The notes below the pieces were generated by a model that saw only the letters and a program-made list of their open reading frames with translations, ran no database searches and was not told where the DNA came from. Below are positions 47,904-57,272 of a stretch of DNA of 64,000 nt, one piece after another. Numbering within the stretch: the first letter of the stretch is position 1; the number at the start of each line of letters is the position of its first letter. The stretch spans positions 2,616 through 66,615 of the forward strand of contig SGZL01000003.1 in assembly GCA_004213955.1 (NCBI GenBank). Reading direction: 5' to 3'. The stretch comes from Gammaproteobacteria bacterium (lineage in GTDB: Bacteria > Pseudomonadota > Gammaproteobacteria > Magnimaribacterales > AG-339-G14). The translations under genes were made by a program, and so were the position numbers.

Positions 47904-48897
47904 AAGAATTGCAGTAGTTGGCGCTACTGGAGCAGTTGGCAGAGTCTTTTTGGAGCTTTTAGAGGAAAATTTTTCGGGAAAAAAAGATTTACACTTACTT
48001 GCAAGCAAAAAATCAGAAGGAAAATTAATATCTTGTGGAGATCAACAATTTCAAGTTAAGGATTTATCAACCTTCGATTTTTCTTCTGCAGATATTGCTT
48101 TCTTTTCTGCAGGTGCTGATATTTCAGGAGAATTTGCTCCTATAGCTTTATCGCAAGGTTGTACTGTCATAGACAACTCATCAAAGTTTAGGAGGGAGGA
48201 AGATATTCCTTTAATCATTCCTGAGGTAAATGGAGATATTTTAGAAAAAATTAATGATCCAATAATAATTTCAAATCCTAATTGTTCCACTGCTCAACTA
48301 TTAGTAGCTTTAAAACCTATTCATGATTTATTTGAAATCACTAGAGTCGATGTGGTGACTTTTCAAGCAGTTAGTGGGTCTGGTCAAAATGCAATCGATG
48401 AATTATTAAATCAAACAGAACGATCGCTAAATAACGAAAGCACAACTAAAGAAGTTTACGGCGCACAAATAGCTTTCAATGTAATCCCAGCAGGAAATTT
48501 AGAAGAAAACGACTATACCGATGAAGAAATGAAAATTTCCTATGAAACAAAAAAAATTCTTGATGAAAAGATAAACATCTCTGCTACTTCGGTAAGAGTT
48601 CCAGTAATCTATGGACATTCTATCGCCGCTCATATCAAGACCAATAAAAAAATTGACTTGCCAAATTTACATAGCGCCTTTGAAGCTCAAACTGGCCTTG
48701 ATAAATACTCTGAAAAAGACTTTCTTTCTCCAAATCCTTTAGAACATGCAGAAGGAAGAGATCCAGTTTCTGTTGGAAGAATTAGGGCTGATTTGTGGGA
48801 GGATGATAGAGTAAATATTTGGATTGTTGCCGACAATTTAAGAAAAGGAGCGGCCTTGAATAGCTTGCAGATTATGGAAAGAATAATGGATAAATAA
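47887..48897 (+). CDS. asd: Aspartate-semialdehyde dehydrogenase (short ~336-aa type)
   Basis: IAVVGATGAVG, the active site NPNCSTAQL, and DNLRKGAALN. The start is forced to TTG 47887, a 17-nt overlap with leuB, because no in-frame ATG precedes the Rossmann motif. Confidence 0.9.
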   Translation: MKNLNKRIAVVGATGAVGRVFLELLEENFSGKKDLHLLASKKSEGKLISCGDQQFQVKDLSTFDFSSADIAFFSAGADISGEFAPIALSQGCTVIDNSSKFRREEDIPLIIPEVNGDILEKINDPIIISNPNCSTAQLLVALKPIHDLFEITRVDVVTFQAVSGSGQNAIDELLNQTERSLNNESTTKEVYGAQIAFNVIPAGNLEENDYTDEEMKISYETKKILDEKINISATSVRVPVIYGHSIAAHIKTNKKIDLPNLHSAFEAQTGLDKYSEKDFLSPNPLEHAEGRDPVSVGRIRADLWEDDRVNIWIVADNLRKGAALNSLQIMERIMDK

Positions 48898-48901
48898 AAT
48901 T

Positions 48902-49792
48902 ATGCTCAGACTATTATTTTTATTAATTTTTTTACCCAATCTTTTACTAGCGCAGATAGAGTATTCAACTAACGAGTACAATTCTCTTTGGTCAATCGCT
49001 ATAGAAGTAAAGAAAGATAATCCAGACTTTTCTCTTTACCAAATCATGATTGCTATACAAGATCTTAATCCTGATTCTTTTAAACAAGGAAATATTAATT
49101 TTTTAAAAAAAGATCAGTTGTTAAAAACTCCTGATTTATATTTATTGGATATTTACGACAGATATCAGTCCATTAGAGACGTTGCAGAACAAAATTCTCT
49201 TATAGATAGTAAATTTACTGATTATGTTGTCCTTCAAGACGTTCTAGTATTAACCGAACCAACTTATTCTTTAATTGACCCAATAGAAAGTACAGACTAT
49301 TTATCAACAGAAAGCGTCACTTTTCAAAGTTTAGATGAGTCTTTGATAATTGAAGATAACGATTCCCTTGAAAAAGTCATTAATTCAAATGTTACTGAAT
49401 TATCAGTTAATGAAAATTACGTAAACATAACTTCTAATGAAGCAGAATCTCTTCAAGAAAGTTTGATAGAAATGGATTCAAGCTCTTCAGTTGATTACCA
49501 ATTAATTTTAATAGTTGCATTAGCTTTCTTTTTAGTAATTCTAGGAATTTTATATATAAGAAGTTCGCCAACAAATTTAAGTATCGAAAGAAAAAATGAA
49601 GACAATTTAGACGAAGACTATGAAGAGATAGGAGATCCTTTTGAAACAAGATTAAATTTAGCAACCATGTACATAGAAATGAAAAACTTTGATCAAGCTA
49701 AAGCGCTAATTCAAGAAATAATTGAAAACGCTGAAGATGATTCAGTTATCACTAAAGCCAAAAGCTTATTAAAAACTTTTAATGAAAATTAA
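48902..49792 (+). CDS. Minimal FimV-like protein (LysM-like N-domain, one TM, C-terminal FimV/TPR motif)
   Basis: Has a signal peptide and a LysM-like block (YNSLWSIAIEV..SLYQIMIAIQDLNPDSF..GNINFLKKDQLLKTP). The TM segment is LILIVALAFFLVILGILYI and the C-terminus is RLNLATMYIEMKNFDQAKALIQEI. The asd-fimV-truA synteny supports the call. Confidence 0.6.
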   Translation: MLRLLFLLIFLPNLLLAQIEYSTNEYNSLWSIAIEVKKDNPDFSLYQIMIAIQDLNPDSFKQGNINFLKKDQLLKTPDLYLLDIYDRYQSIRDVAEQNSLIDSKFTDYVVLQDVLVLTEPTYSLIDPIESTDYLSTESVTFQSLDESLIIEDNDSLEKVINSNVTELSVNENYVNITSNEAESLQESLIEMDSSSSVDYQLILIVALAFFLVILGILYIRSSPTNLSIERKNEDNLDEDYEEIGDPFETRLNLATMYIEMKNFDQAKALIQEIIENAEDDSVITKAKSLLKTFNEN

Positions 49793-50579
49793 CCGCTATG
49801 CTGCTGGAGTTGAGTACTTTGGAACAAAATATAGGGGATGGCAGATTCAAAAATCTACAGACGATACAATTCAATCCAGAATTGATGAAGCTCTTTCTAA
49901 AATAGCTGATTCCGAAATAAAATCAACCTGTGCCGGTAGGACAGATTCAGGAGTAAATGCATTATCACAAGTAATTCATTTCGACTCTGATAAAAAAAGG
50001 ACACTTAAGGCATGGACGGAAGGATGCAACTCAATTTTACCTGACGATATTAAGCTTATATGGGTTAGAAGGGTGTCTGAAGATTTTCATGCTAGATTCT
50101 CAGCTATCAAAAGAACTTATAAGTACATTGTTCTCAATAAAAAAAATACTTCCATATTTTATAAAAATAGGACGTTACATATAAAAGACAAAATTAATTT
50201 GGAAATTATGAAAGAAGCTTCAAAACATTTAATTGGAGAAAAAGATTTTACAAGTTTCAGAGCTTCAGGTTGTCAATCAAAATCTCCGATGAGAGAAATT
50301 TTTGAAATTAAAATTTCTAGAAAAAAAAATTTAATTACTTTTGAAATATCAGCCAATGCCTTTCTATTAAATATGGTGAGAATTATTGTAGGAACGCTTT
50401 TAGAGTTTGGCCTAGAAAATAAAAATCCTAATTTAATGAAATCAATAATTGAAAAACGTGATAGAAATCTTTCTGGCAAAACAATTGCATCAGACGGTTT
50501 GTATTTTATTGGTCCAGAATACCCTTTAGAATTCAAGATAAAAAAACCTCCACTCAAATATCAAATTCTTCCAAATTAA
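49782..50579 (+). CDS. truA: tRNA pseudouridine(38-40) synthase
   Basis: YFGTKYRGWQIQ, the catalytic Asp in AGRTDSGVNA, and MVRIIVGTL. Confidence 0.9.
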   Translation: MKINRYAAGVEYFGTKYRGWQIQKSTDDTIQSRIDEALSKIADSEIKSTCAGRTDSGVNALSQVIHFDSDKKRTLKAWTEGCNSILPDDIKLIWVRRVSEDFHARFSAIKRTYKYIVLNKKNTSIFYKNRTLHIKDKINLEIMKEASKHLIGEKDFTSFRASGCQSKSPMREIFEIKISRKKNLITFEISANAFLLNMVRIIVGTLLEFGLENKNPNLMKSIIEKRDRNLSGKTIASDGLYFIGPEYPLEFKIKKPPLKYQILPN

Positions 50580-50588
50580 TTTTATGTC

Positions 50589-51209
50589 ATGAGTATTTTT
50601 ATCAAAATATGTGGAATCACAAACGTTGAAGATGCAAATTTATCTGTTGAGTATGGTGCTGACGCTATAGGGTTAAATCAATATAAACAAAGCCCAAGAT
50701 ATATCAATGAAAAGGCGTTAAGTAAAATAAAAGAAAGCTTAGATAGCAACGTATTAATTGTTCCTGTTTTTGTGAATCCTAATGAAGATGAGGTATTTAA
50801 ATTTTTAAGTGTTTTTCCGGATTGCTTTTTGCAGTTTCATGGAAATGAATCTCCAGAGTTTTGCAAAAAATTTGAAAGACCATTTATAAAATCTATGACT
50901 ATAGATAACTCTATAAGTACCTACGATTATCAAAAAGAATACGCTTCTGCAAAATACTTTCTTTTAGATTCAGGAACTGAAGATTTACATGGTGGGACCG
51001 GAGAGAAATTTGATTGGAAAAGAATTCCTCAAGACCGAAACAATTTAATCATTGCTGGAGGACTAAATACTAATAATATCTTATCGCTATTAGATTATTT
51101 TATTCCTTTCGGAGTTGATGTATGTAGTGGAGTTGAATCGAAAAAAGGTGTAAAAGACCCTGTAAAGTTAAAAAAGTTTATTGATTTAATTAGAAATTAT
51201 GAAAGATAA
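50589..51209 (+). CDS. trpF: Phosphoribosylanthranilate isomerase
   Basis: [28 protein letters not shown] and AGGLN. Confidence 0.9.
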   Translation: MSIFIKICGITNVEDANLSVEYGADAIGLNQYKQSPRYINEKALSKIKESLDSNVLIVPVFVNPNEDEVFKFLSVFPDCFLQFHGNESPEFCKKFERPFIKSMTIDNSISTYDYQKEYASAKYFLLDSGTEDLHGGTGEKFDWKRIPQDRNNLIIAGGLNTNNILSLLDYFIPFGVDVCSGVESKKGVKDPVKLKKFIDLIRNYER

Positions 51210-52407
51210 GGATAAATACAATTTTCCAGATGCAGATGGTAGATATGGAGATTTTGGAGGCAAGTATGTATCTGAAACCCTTATGTCTGCATTGGAGCAG
51301 TTAGAAACTACTTACGAAAGCCTTAAAGATACAGAGCAGTTTAAAAATGAAATTACTGACGACTTAAATAACTTTGTAGGTCGTCCATCCCCCTTATATT
51401 TTGCAAAAAGATGGACTGAAAAACTTTCTGGAGCAAAAATTTACTTAAAAAGAGAGGATTTAAACCATACAGGGGCTCATAAAATTAATAATACAGTTGG
51501 CCAAGTATTGTTAGCAAAGCATATGGGAAAAAAGAGAATTATTGCAGAAACTGGAGCTGGACAACATGGAGTAGCAACTGCAGCTGTTGCAGCAAGACAT
51601 GGACTAGAATGTATAATTTTTATGGGAGAAGAAGACATTGAAAGACAGTCTCCAAACGTCTATAGAATGAAGTTACTTGGAGCTGAAGTATGCTCAGTAA
51701 CTTCAGGCACAAAAACTTTAAAAGATGCTATGAATGAAGCAATGCGTGATTGGGTGAGTAATGTTGATGATACTCATTACATTATTGGAAGTGTAGCTGG
51801 GCCTCATCCATATCCAAAAATTGTGAGAGATTTTAATTCAATCGTTGGAATTGAATTGAAAGAACAATCAAGAGAGTTATTCGGAAGATTTCCAGATAAA
51901 ATTATAGCCTGTGTCGGAGGCGGATCTAATGCGATGGGAATTTTTTATCCTTTTTTAAAAGATAATTCAGTAGATTTAATTGGTGTAGAAGCTGGTGGTT
52001 CGGGAATCGATACTGGAAAACATGCTGCTCCTTTAAGTGATGGCAGTATTGGCGTCTTGCATGGTATGAAAACTTATTTGATGCAAGATAATTCTGGTCA
52101 AATTTTATCAACTCAGTCTGTTTCAGCTGGTTTGGATTATCCAGGTGTTGGTCCTGAGCATTCCTATTTAAAAGATTCAGGGAGAGTAGAATATGATTCT
52201 GCTACCGACGAGGAAGCTTTAGATAGTTTTCATGAGTTAACCAAAACCGAAGGAATTATGCCCGCCTTAGAAACAGCTCACGCCCTCGCACATGCAAAAA
52301 AAATTGCACCAAACATGGAAAAGGATGAAATCATTGTGGTCAATTTATCAGGAAGGGGAGATAAAGACATGGCAAATGTTGCTAAAGTCGAAGGTCTTAC
52401 TTTATGA
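51199..52407 (+). CDS. trpB: Tryptophan synthase beta chain
   Basis: [10 protein letters not shown], the PLP-Lys motif [11 protein letters not shown], and GGGSNAMG. Confidence 0.95.
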   Translation: MKDKDKYNFPDADGRYGDFGGKYVSETLMSALEQLETTYESLKDTEQFKNEITDDLNNFVGRPSPLYFAKRWTEKLSGAKIYLKREDLNHTGAHKINNTVGQVLLAKHMGKKRIIAETGAGQHGVATAAVAARHGLECIIFMGEEDIERQSPNVYRMKLLGAEVCSVTSGTKTLKDAMNEAMRDWVSNVDDTHYIIGSVAGPHPYPKIVRDFNSIVGIELKEQSRELFGRFPDKIIACVGGGSNAMGIFYPFLKDNSVDLIGVEAGGSGIDTGKHAAPLSDGSIGVLHGMKTYLMQDNSGQILSTQSVSAGLDYPGVGPEHSYLKDSGRVEYDSATDEEALDSFHELTKTEGIMPALETAHALAHAKKIAPNMEKDEIIVVNLSGRGDKDMANVAKVEGLTL

Positions 52408-53234
52408 GCTTAATAAAGTCTACTTTTAAAAATTTGGAAAGCATCAATTCAAAAGCATTAGTCACCTATACCGTAGCTGGAGATCCAAACTTAGATTTCT
52501 CTGAACGAATAATAAGCGAAATTATATCTAGTGGCGCCGATATTATAGAAATAGGAGTTCCCTTTTCTGATCCTATGTCGGAGGGCCCTGTAATTCAAAT
52601 GGCACATGAGCGCTCTTTAATAAACAAAACATCACTTCCAGATATTTTGTCTTTGAGTAAAAAACTTAAACAAAAATTTAAATCAACTCCGATTGTATTG
52701 ATGGGTTATTTTAATACATTCATCAATTCTCTTGATTCAACTAGATCAATACATGACATTAATGATGATATTTGCAACGAATTAAAAAAAAATGGCGTTG
52801 ATGGTTTGATAATAGTTGATCTTCCGTATGAGGAAAGTGAAGCTATTTTTAAAAAATTATCCAATTATGAAATTGACTTGATAAGGTTAATCTCTCCTAC
52901 TACTAATGATTACAGAATAAATGAAATCATTTCTAATTCATCTGGCTTTCTCTACTATGTGTCTTTAAAAGGTATCACCGGAGCAGAAATAGATTCATAT
53001 GATGAACTTAAAAAAAGAGTTAAAGAAATAAAAGAATCTTCAAGTATTCCTGTCGTTATAGGATTTGGAATAAAAGATCGAGAAACAGCTAGCAAGATGT
53101 CTAGTTTTGCTGATGGGGTAGTTGTCGGAAGTGCTATCGTTGACATGATTAGTAACTCAGAAAAACAAGAAAATAAATTAGTTCTTAATAAAATATCTAA
53201 ATTTGTTGGAGATATTAAATCTTCGATACAATAG
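52404..53234 (+). CDS. trpA: Tryptophan synthase alpha chain
   Basis: [21 protein letters not shown] and [14 protein letters not shown] couples its start to the trpB stop. Confidence 0.9.
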   Translation: MSLIKSTFKNLESINSKALVTYTVAGDPNLDFSERIISEIISSGADIIEIGVPFSDPMSEGPVIQMAHERSLINKTSLPDILSLSKKLKQKFKSTPIVLMGYFNTFINSLDSTRSIHDINDDICNELKKNGVDGLIIVDLPYEESEAIFKKLSNYEIDLIRLISPTTNDYRINEIISNSSGFLYYVSLKGITGAEIDSYDELKKRVKEIKESSSIPVVIGFGIKDRETASKMSSFADGVVVGSAIVDMISNSEKQENKLVLNKISKFVGDIKSSIQ

Positions 53235-53237
53235 TCT

Positions 53238-54101
53238 ATGGTAAAAAGTTGGTTCAACAGAATTCTTCCATCTTTTGCAAGAGCTCATAAAAAAGACGAT
53301 AAAAAAAGTCCGGTACCACAAGGACTTTGGCAAAGTTGCCCAAATTGTAAAGAAATACTCTATGGTCCAGATCTCGAGGCCAATCTTTATGTTTGTATGA
53401 ACTGCGATCATCACATCCGAATCGGAGCAAGACACAGGCTTACTTACTTATTTGATGAAAATAAATACAGTGAAATTTCCGCTGATACTGAGGCAAAAGA
53501 CTGGTTGTCTTTTAAAGACTCAAAAAAATACAAAGACAGATTAAGTGAAGCAAAAAATAAAGTAGAAGAAAAAGAAGCTTTAATTTGTGCTCATGGAAAA
53601 TTAAATTCAATGGATGTTGTAATTGCGGTTTTTGAATTTAGATTTATGGGTGGTTCAATGGGTTCTGTAGTAGGCCAAAAGTTTGTGGATGCAGTCAATA
53701 AAGCTATTGAACTAAAAGCGCCATTTATATGTTTCTCAACAAGTGGTGGGGCAAGGATGCAAGAATCTCTTTTCTCTCTTTTTCAAATGGCCAGAACTTC
53801 AGCTGTTTTAAACAAATTAAAAGAAGAGAAAATTCCTTACATTTCGGTAATGACAGATCCAATATACGGCGGGGTATCAGCCAGTTTAGCAATGTTAGGT
53901 GATATCAACATTGCAGAGCCTAAAGCCCAAGTTGGTTTTGCAGGACCAAGAGTGATAGAGGATACTGTTAGAGTCAAATTACCAGAAGGCTTCCAGAAAA
54001 GTGAATTTTTATTAGAACACGGTCTTATAGATATGATTGTCCATAGATCAGAAATCAAAGATACGCTTTACAATCTATTGTCAAAGCTTTCTTCAAATTA
54101 A
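53238..54101 (+). CDS. accD: Acetyl-CoA carboxylase carboxyltransferase beta subunit
   Basis: The N-terminal Zn-ribbon is CPNCKEILY...CMNCDHH. The carboxyltransferase block is FMGGSMGSVVG...SGGARMQE. Confidence 0.95.
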   Translation: MVKSWFNRILPSFARAHKKDDKKSPVPQGLWQSCPNCKEILYGPDLEANLYVCMNCDHHIRIGARHRLTYLFDENKYSEISADTEAKDWLSFKDSKKYKDRLSEAKNKVEEKEALICAHGKLNSMDVVIAVFEFRFMGGSMGSVVGQKFVDAVNKAIELKAPFICFSTSGGARMQESLFSLFQMARTSAVLNKLKEEKIPYISVMTDPIYGGVSASLAMLGDINIAEPKAQVGFAGPRVIEDTVRVKLPEGFQKSEFLLEHGLIDMIVHRSEIKDTLYNLLSKLSSN

Positions 54102-54105
54102 AGAA

Positions 54106-55275
54106 TTGACGAAATTAGAAAAATTTTTTGCACCTATTTTAGAAAAAAAAAATAATTTCCGGGAATCAAGTTTTAGTAAGTTAAAAAAAGCCGTTTCTGA
54201 ATTAAAATTAAATAAGCCTTCTCAAATTATCTCTGTTACCGGCACAAATGGTAAAGGTTCAACTCTCGAAATACTTTCACAAGTGTTAAGCAATAATAAT
54301 TATAAAGTAGGCTTGTTTACTTCGCCGCATCTCATTAAATTCAATGAAAGAATAAAAATAAACAATAGAGCTGTTAGTGACAAAGAAATTATAGAAACTT
54401 TTAAAAAATTAGAAAATCTATCAGATTACAAAAGTTTTAATTTTTTTCAACTATTAGCTTTAGCCTGTTTTGTAATTTTTTCGAATAGGACATTAGATAT
54501 TTGGCTTTTAGAGGTTGGTCTGGGAGGTAGATTAGATCCGGTTAACTGTTTCGATGCAGATGTATCAGTTATTACTAAAATTGCATTAGATCATGAAGAA
54601 ATTTTAGGCAAAGGCAGAGAAAACATAGGAAAAGAAAAAGCTGGAATTATTAGATCAGATCAAGTTTTCATTTATGGCGAAGGCTTGATTCCAAATAGCG
54701 TGAAAAAAGTTGTGGATAAATTGAATCCAAATTTTTATAAGGTAGATAATTCCTCTCTTGAATTAGAAAATTTTCATAATAATTCAGTTGGTATTGCAAA
54801 GAAAATTCTAGATGTGAAGTTTAAAGAAATTAATTCTTTAAATGAAATCAAAAAACTTAAAGGAAATCTAAACTATGGAAGATGCCATAAATTAAGAAAA
54901 AACTTTATAGTTGATGCATCTCATAACAATGATAGTGTTAAAAATTTACAAAAATTTATTTCTAATAATCACTCTAATTCTCAAATCATAGCTATTTTCA
55001 CTTGCAATGATTTAAAAAAGATTGAAGATTTGTGTATGCCTATGATGGACATAGTCGATGAATGGTACGTTCCAGATTTAGATAGTAATAGAGTAAAAAG
55101 TAGTAGTTTGATTAATAAGTATTTATTAAGTAAAGGGAAAATTGTCAATTTAGGATATGATTTAAGTCAACTTAAAGAAAAGATCGATAAACAAGAAAAA
55201 AATAGTTTATATGTTGCATTTGGATCTTTTATTTTAATGGGAAAAATTTATGAATCTTATGATTTCCAAATTTAA
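54106..55275 (+). CDS. folC: Bifunctional folylpolyglutamate synthase / dihydrofolate synthase
   Basis: The P-loop is VTGTNGKGST, followed by FTSPHLIKFNERI and LEVGLGGRLD. The start is uncertain. TTG 54106 lies just after the accD stop. ATG 54037 would overlap accD by 65 nt. Confidence 0.8.
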   Translation: MTKLEKFFAPILEKKNNFRESSFSKLKKAVSELKLNKPSQIISVTGTNGKGSTLEILSQVLSNNNYKVGLFTSPHLIKFNERIKINNRAVSDKEIIETFKKLENLSDYKSFNFFQLLALACFVIFSNRTLDIWLLEVGLGGRLDPVNCFDADVSVITKIALDHEEILGKGRENIGKEKAGIIRSDQVFIYGEGLIPNSVKKVVDKLNPNFYKVDNSSLELENFHNNSVGIAKKILDVKFKEINSLNEIKKLKGNLNYGRCHKLRKNFIVDASHNNDSVKNLQKFISNNHSNSQIIAIFTCNDLKKIEDLCMPMMDIVDEWYVPDLDSNRVKSSSLINKYLLSKGKIVNLGYDLSQLKEKIDKQEKNSLYVAFGSFILMGKIYESYDFQI

Positions 55276-55284
55276 ATAATTAAC

Positions 55285-55800
55285 ATGATCACTTTCTCAA
55301 TCTTCGATGCAGTTTTTTTCATCTTGTTGGCGACTTTTAGTTTGAGAGGTTTTTTTAAAGGATTCTTAAAAGAAATTTTCTCTTTCATCATTTGGGTTTC
55401 TTCCTTAGCTTTAGCTTGGGGATTAAGGCAGTTTCCAATTGAACTTTTGAATATAAATAGTTCGATGTTATTAGCTGAAACATTCTTTTTTATCTTATTT
55501 TTTATAATCTTTTTTATTTTATTAGTCTTGATTTTCAAAGTCATATCTTTTGCGTTTAATCCGAAAACATTTATTTCTAACGTCATTGGGTTTTTTTTAG
55601 GCCTTATAAAGTTTTATATTTTTACGATTATTTTATTTTTGTCTGCAGACGAATATATAATTGACAAATACTGGTGGAATTCAAGTATTGTTTCTCCATA
55701 TATTTATAATTCGTCAATTTTAATAGGCAATATTATTGGAGAGATTCCTATGGAAGATTTAGACAATTTTGCAATTGAACCCTCTAAGCTCGTAGATTAA
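55285..55800 (+). CDS. cvpA: CvpA-family membrane protein (colicin V production protein)
   Basis: 171 aa with 4 TM helices. The N-terminus is FDAVFFILLATFSLRGFFKGFLKEIFS, and it occupies the conserved position upstream of purF. Confidence 0.8.
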   Translation: MITFSIFDAVFFILLATFSLRGFFKGFLKEIFSFIIWVSSLALAWGLRQFPIELLNINSSMLLAETFFFILFFIIFFILLVLIFKVISFAFNPKTFISNVIGFFLGLIKFYIFTIILFLSADEYIIDKYWWNSSIVSPYIYNSSILIGNIIGEIPMEDLDNFAIEPSKLVD

Positions 55801-57272
55801 TGTGTGGAATCGTAGGCATTATTTCTGAAGAAGAGGTTTCCTCATCTGTATATGAGTCTTTAACGGTCATTCAACATCGAGGTCAGGATGCAGCAGGAAT
55901 TGCAACACTTGAAGATGGTAAATTACATGTTAGAAAACAAATTGGCTTGGTTCGAGATGTGTTTAGAGCTCAACATATTGCTAGCTTAAAAGGCAAAATC
56001 GGTATAGGTCATGTCAGATATCCAACTGCTGGAGGTGTTAGTAGAGAGTTTTCACAACCACTATATGTAAATTCTCCTTACGGAATTAGTATTTGTCACA
56101 ATGGGAATTTAGTGAATGCAAAAGAATTATCGTTAGAACTTTTTCAGAACGATTTAAGGCATTTAAACACTGATTCAGATTCAGAAGTGATTTTAAATAT
56201 TTTTGCACACGAGCTTCAAAAAATTAATTCCTTTACTCCCAAAGCAGATGAAATATTCTTAGCTGTTCAAAATATGCATAAAAGACTTAAAGGAGCATAT
56301 TCGATTGTATTAATGATAAGTGGGGTTGGGTTGCTGGCAATTAGAGATCCAAATGGCATTAGACCACTAATTATGGGAAAAAAAGAAAATGATCTTTTAG
56401 GAAAAACTGACTACATGTTCGCGTCAGAAAGCCCCGCTTTGGATGCTCTTGATTTTGAAATCACAGGAGATTTAAAACCTGGCGAAGCGGTTTTTGTTTC
56501 TATGGAAGGTGAAATGAATAGAAAGGTTTGTCATGAGTCCCCTAAACATTACCCTTGTATTTTTGAGTACGTTTACCTGGCAAGACCAGATGCAGTAATT
56601 GAAGAAATTTCAGTCATGAAGTCAAGATTAAGAATGGGTCAAAAACTAGGAAAAAAAATTAAATCTTTATACCCTGATTCAAAAATTGATTCTGTAATTC
56701 CCATTCCAGAAAGCAGCACTTCTTCGGCTATAGAGGTAGCTAAATATTTAGACGTAAATTACCGTGAAGGATTTGTTAAAAATAGATATATCGGCCGAAC
56801 TTTTATAATGCCAAAACAAGAGGTTAGAAAAAAATCAGTTAGAAGAAAGTTAAATCCAATACCTTTTGAATTTAAGGATAAAAACATATTACTGATCGAT
56901 GATTCAATTGTTAGAGGAACTACAAGTAGAGAAATTGTGGAGATGGCAAGAAATGCTGGAGCAAAAAAAGTTTTTTTTGCATCAGCAGCACCACCTATAA
57001 GATTTCAAAATGTTTATGGAATTGACATGGCAGCAACTGAGGAACTAATAGCTCATCAAAGAGAAGATCAAGAGATTGCAGATTTTATTGGTGCAGATTG
57101 GTTAGTTTATCAAGATCTAGAAGACTTGATTGATTGTGCAAAAGAAGGAAATAAGGAGATTAAAAATTTTGAAACCTCGATATTTGATGGCAATTATGTC
57201 TGCGGTTCAGTTACTAGAGAATATTTGACAAATCTTGAGTTAGAAAGGAAAGACACCAATAAATCTTTTTAA
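55800..57272 (+). CDS. purF: Amidophosphoribosyltransferase
   Basis: The Ntn N-terminus is MCGIVGI, followed by [10 protein letters not shown] and the PRPP loop [13 protein letters not shown]. Confidence 0.95.
   Translation: MCGIVGIISEEEVSSSVYESLTVIQHRGQDAAGIATLEDGKLHVRKQIGLVRDVFRAQHIASLKGKIGIGHVRYPTAGGVSREFSQPLYVNSPYGISICHNGNLVNAKELSLELFQNDLRHLNTDSDSEVILNIFAHELQKINSFTPKADEIFLAVQNMHKRLKGAYSIVLMISGVGLLAIRDPNGIRPLIMGKKENDLLGKTDYMFASESPALDALDFEITGDLKPGEAVFVSMEGEMNRKVCHESPKHYPCIFEYVYLARPDAVIEEISVMKSRLRMGQKLGKKIKSLYPDSKIDSVIPIPESSTSSAIEVAKYLDVNYREGFVKNRYIGRTFIMPKQEVRKKSVRRKLNPIPFEFKDKNILLIDDSIVRGTTSREIVEMARNAGAKKVFFASAAPPIRFQNVYGIDMAATEELIAHQREDQEIADFIGADWLVYQDLEDLIDCAKEGNKEIKNFETSIFDGNYVCGSVTREYLTNLELERKDTNKSF

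Noticed and set aside
54037-54105. An upstream ATG start for folC that overlaps accD by 65 nt.
   Set aside because: This is not excluded. However, the extension (MSIDQKSKIRFTIYCQSFLQIKE) has no FolC counterpart, and an in-frame TTG at 54106 sits just after the accD stop. It is left as an uncertainty rather than a finding.
55272-55586. A 104-aa Lys-rich ORF antisense to cvpA. Other small antisense ORFs occur at 24524-24802, 25021-25236 and 53178-53435.
   Set aside because: The composition simply mirrors the Phe/Ile/Leu-rich membrane or AT-rich coding strand opposite. There is no SD, no motif and complete overlap with better-supported genes.
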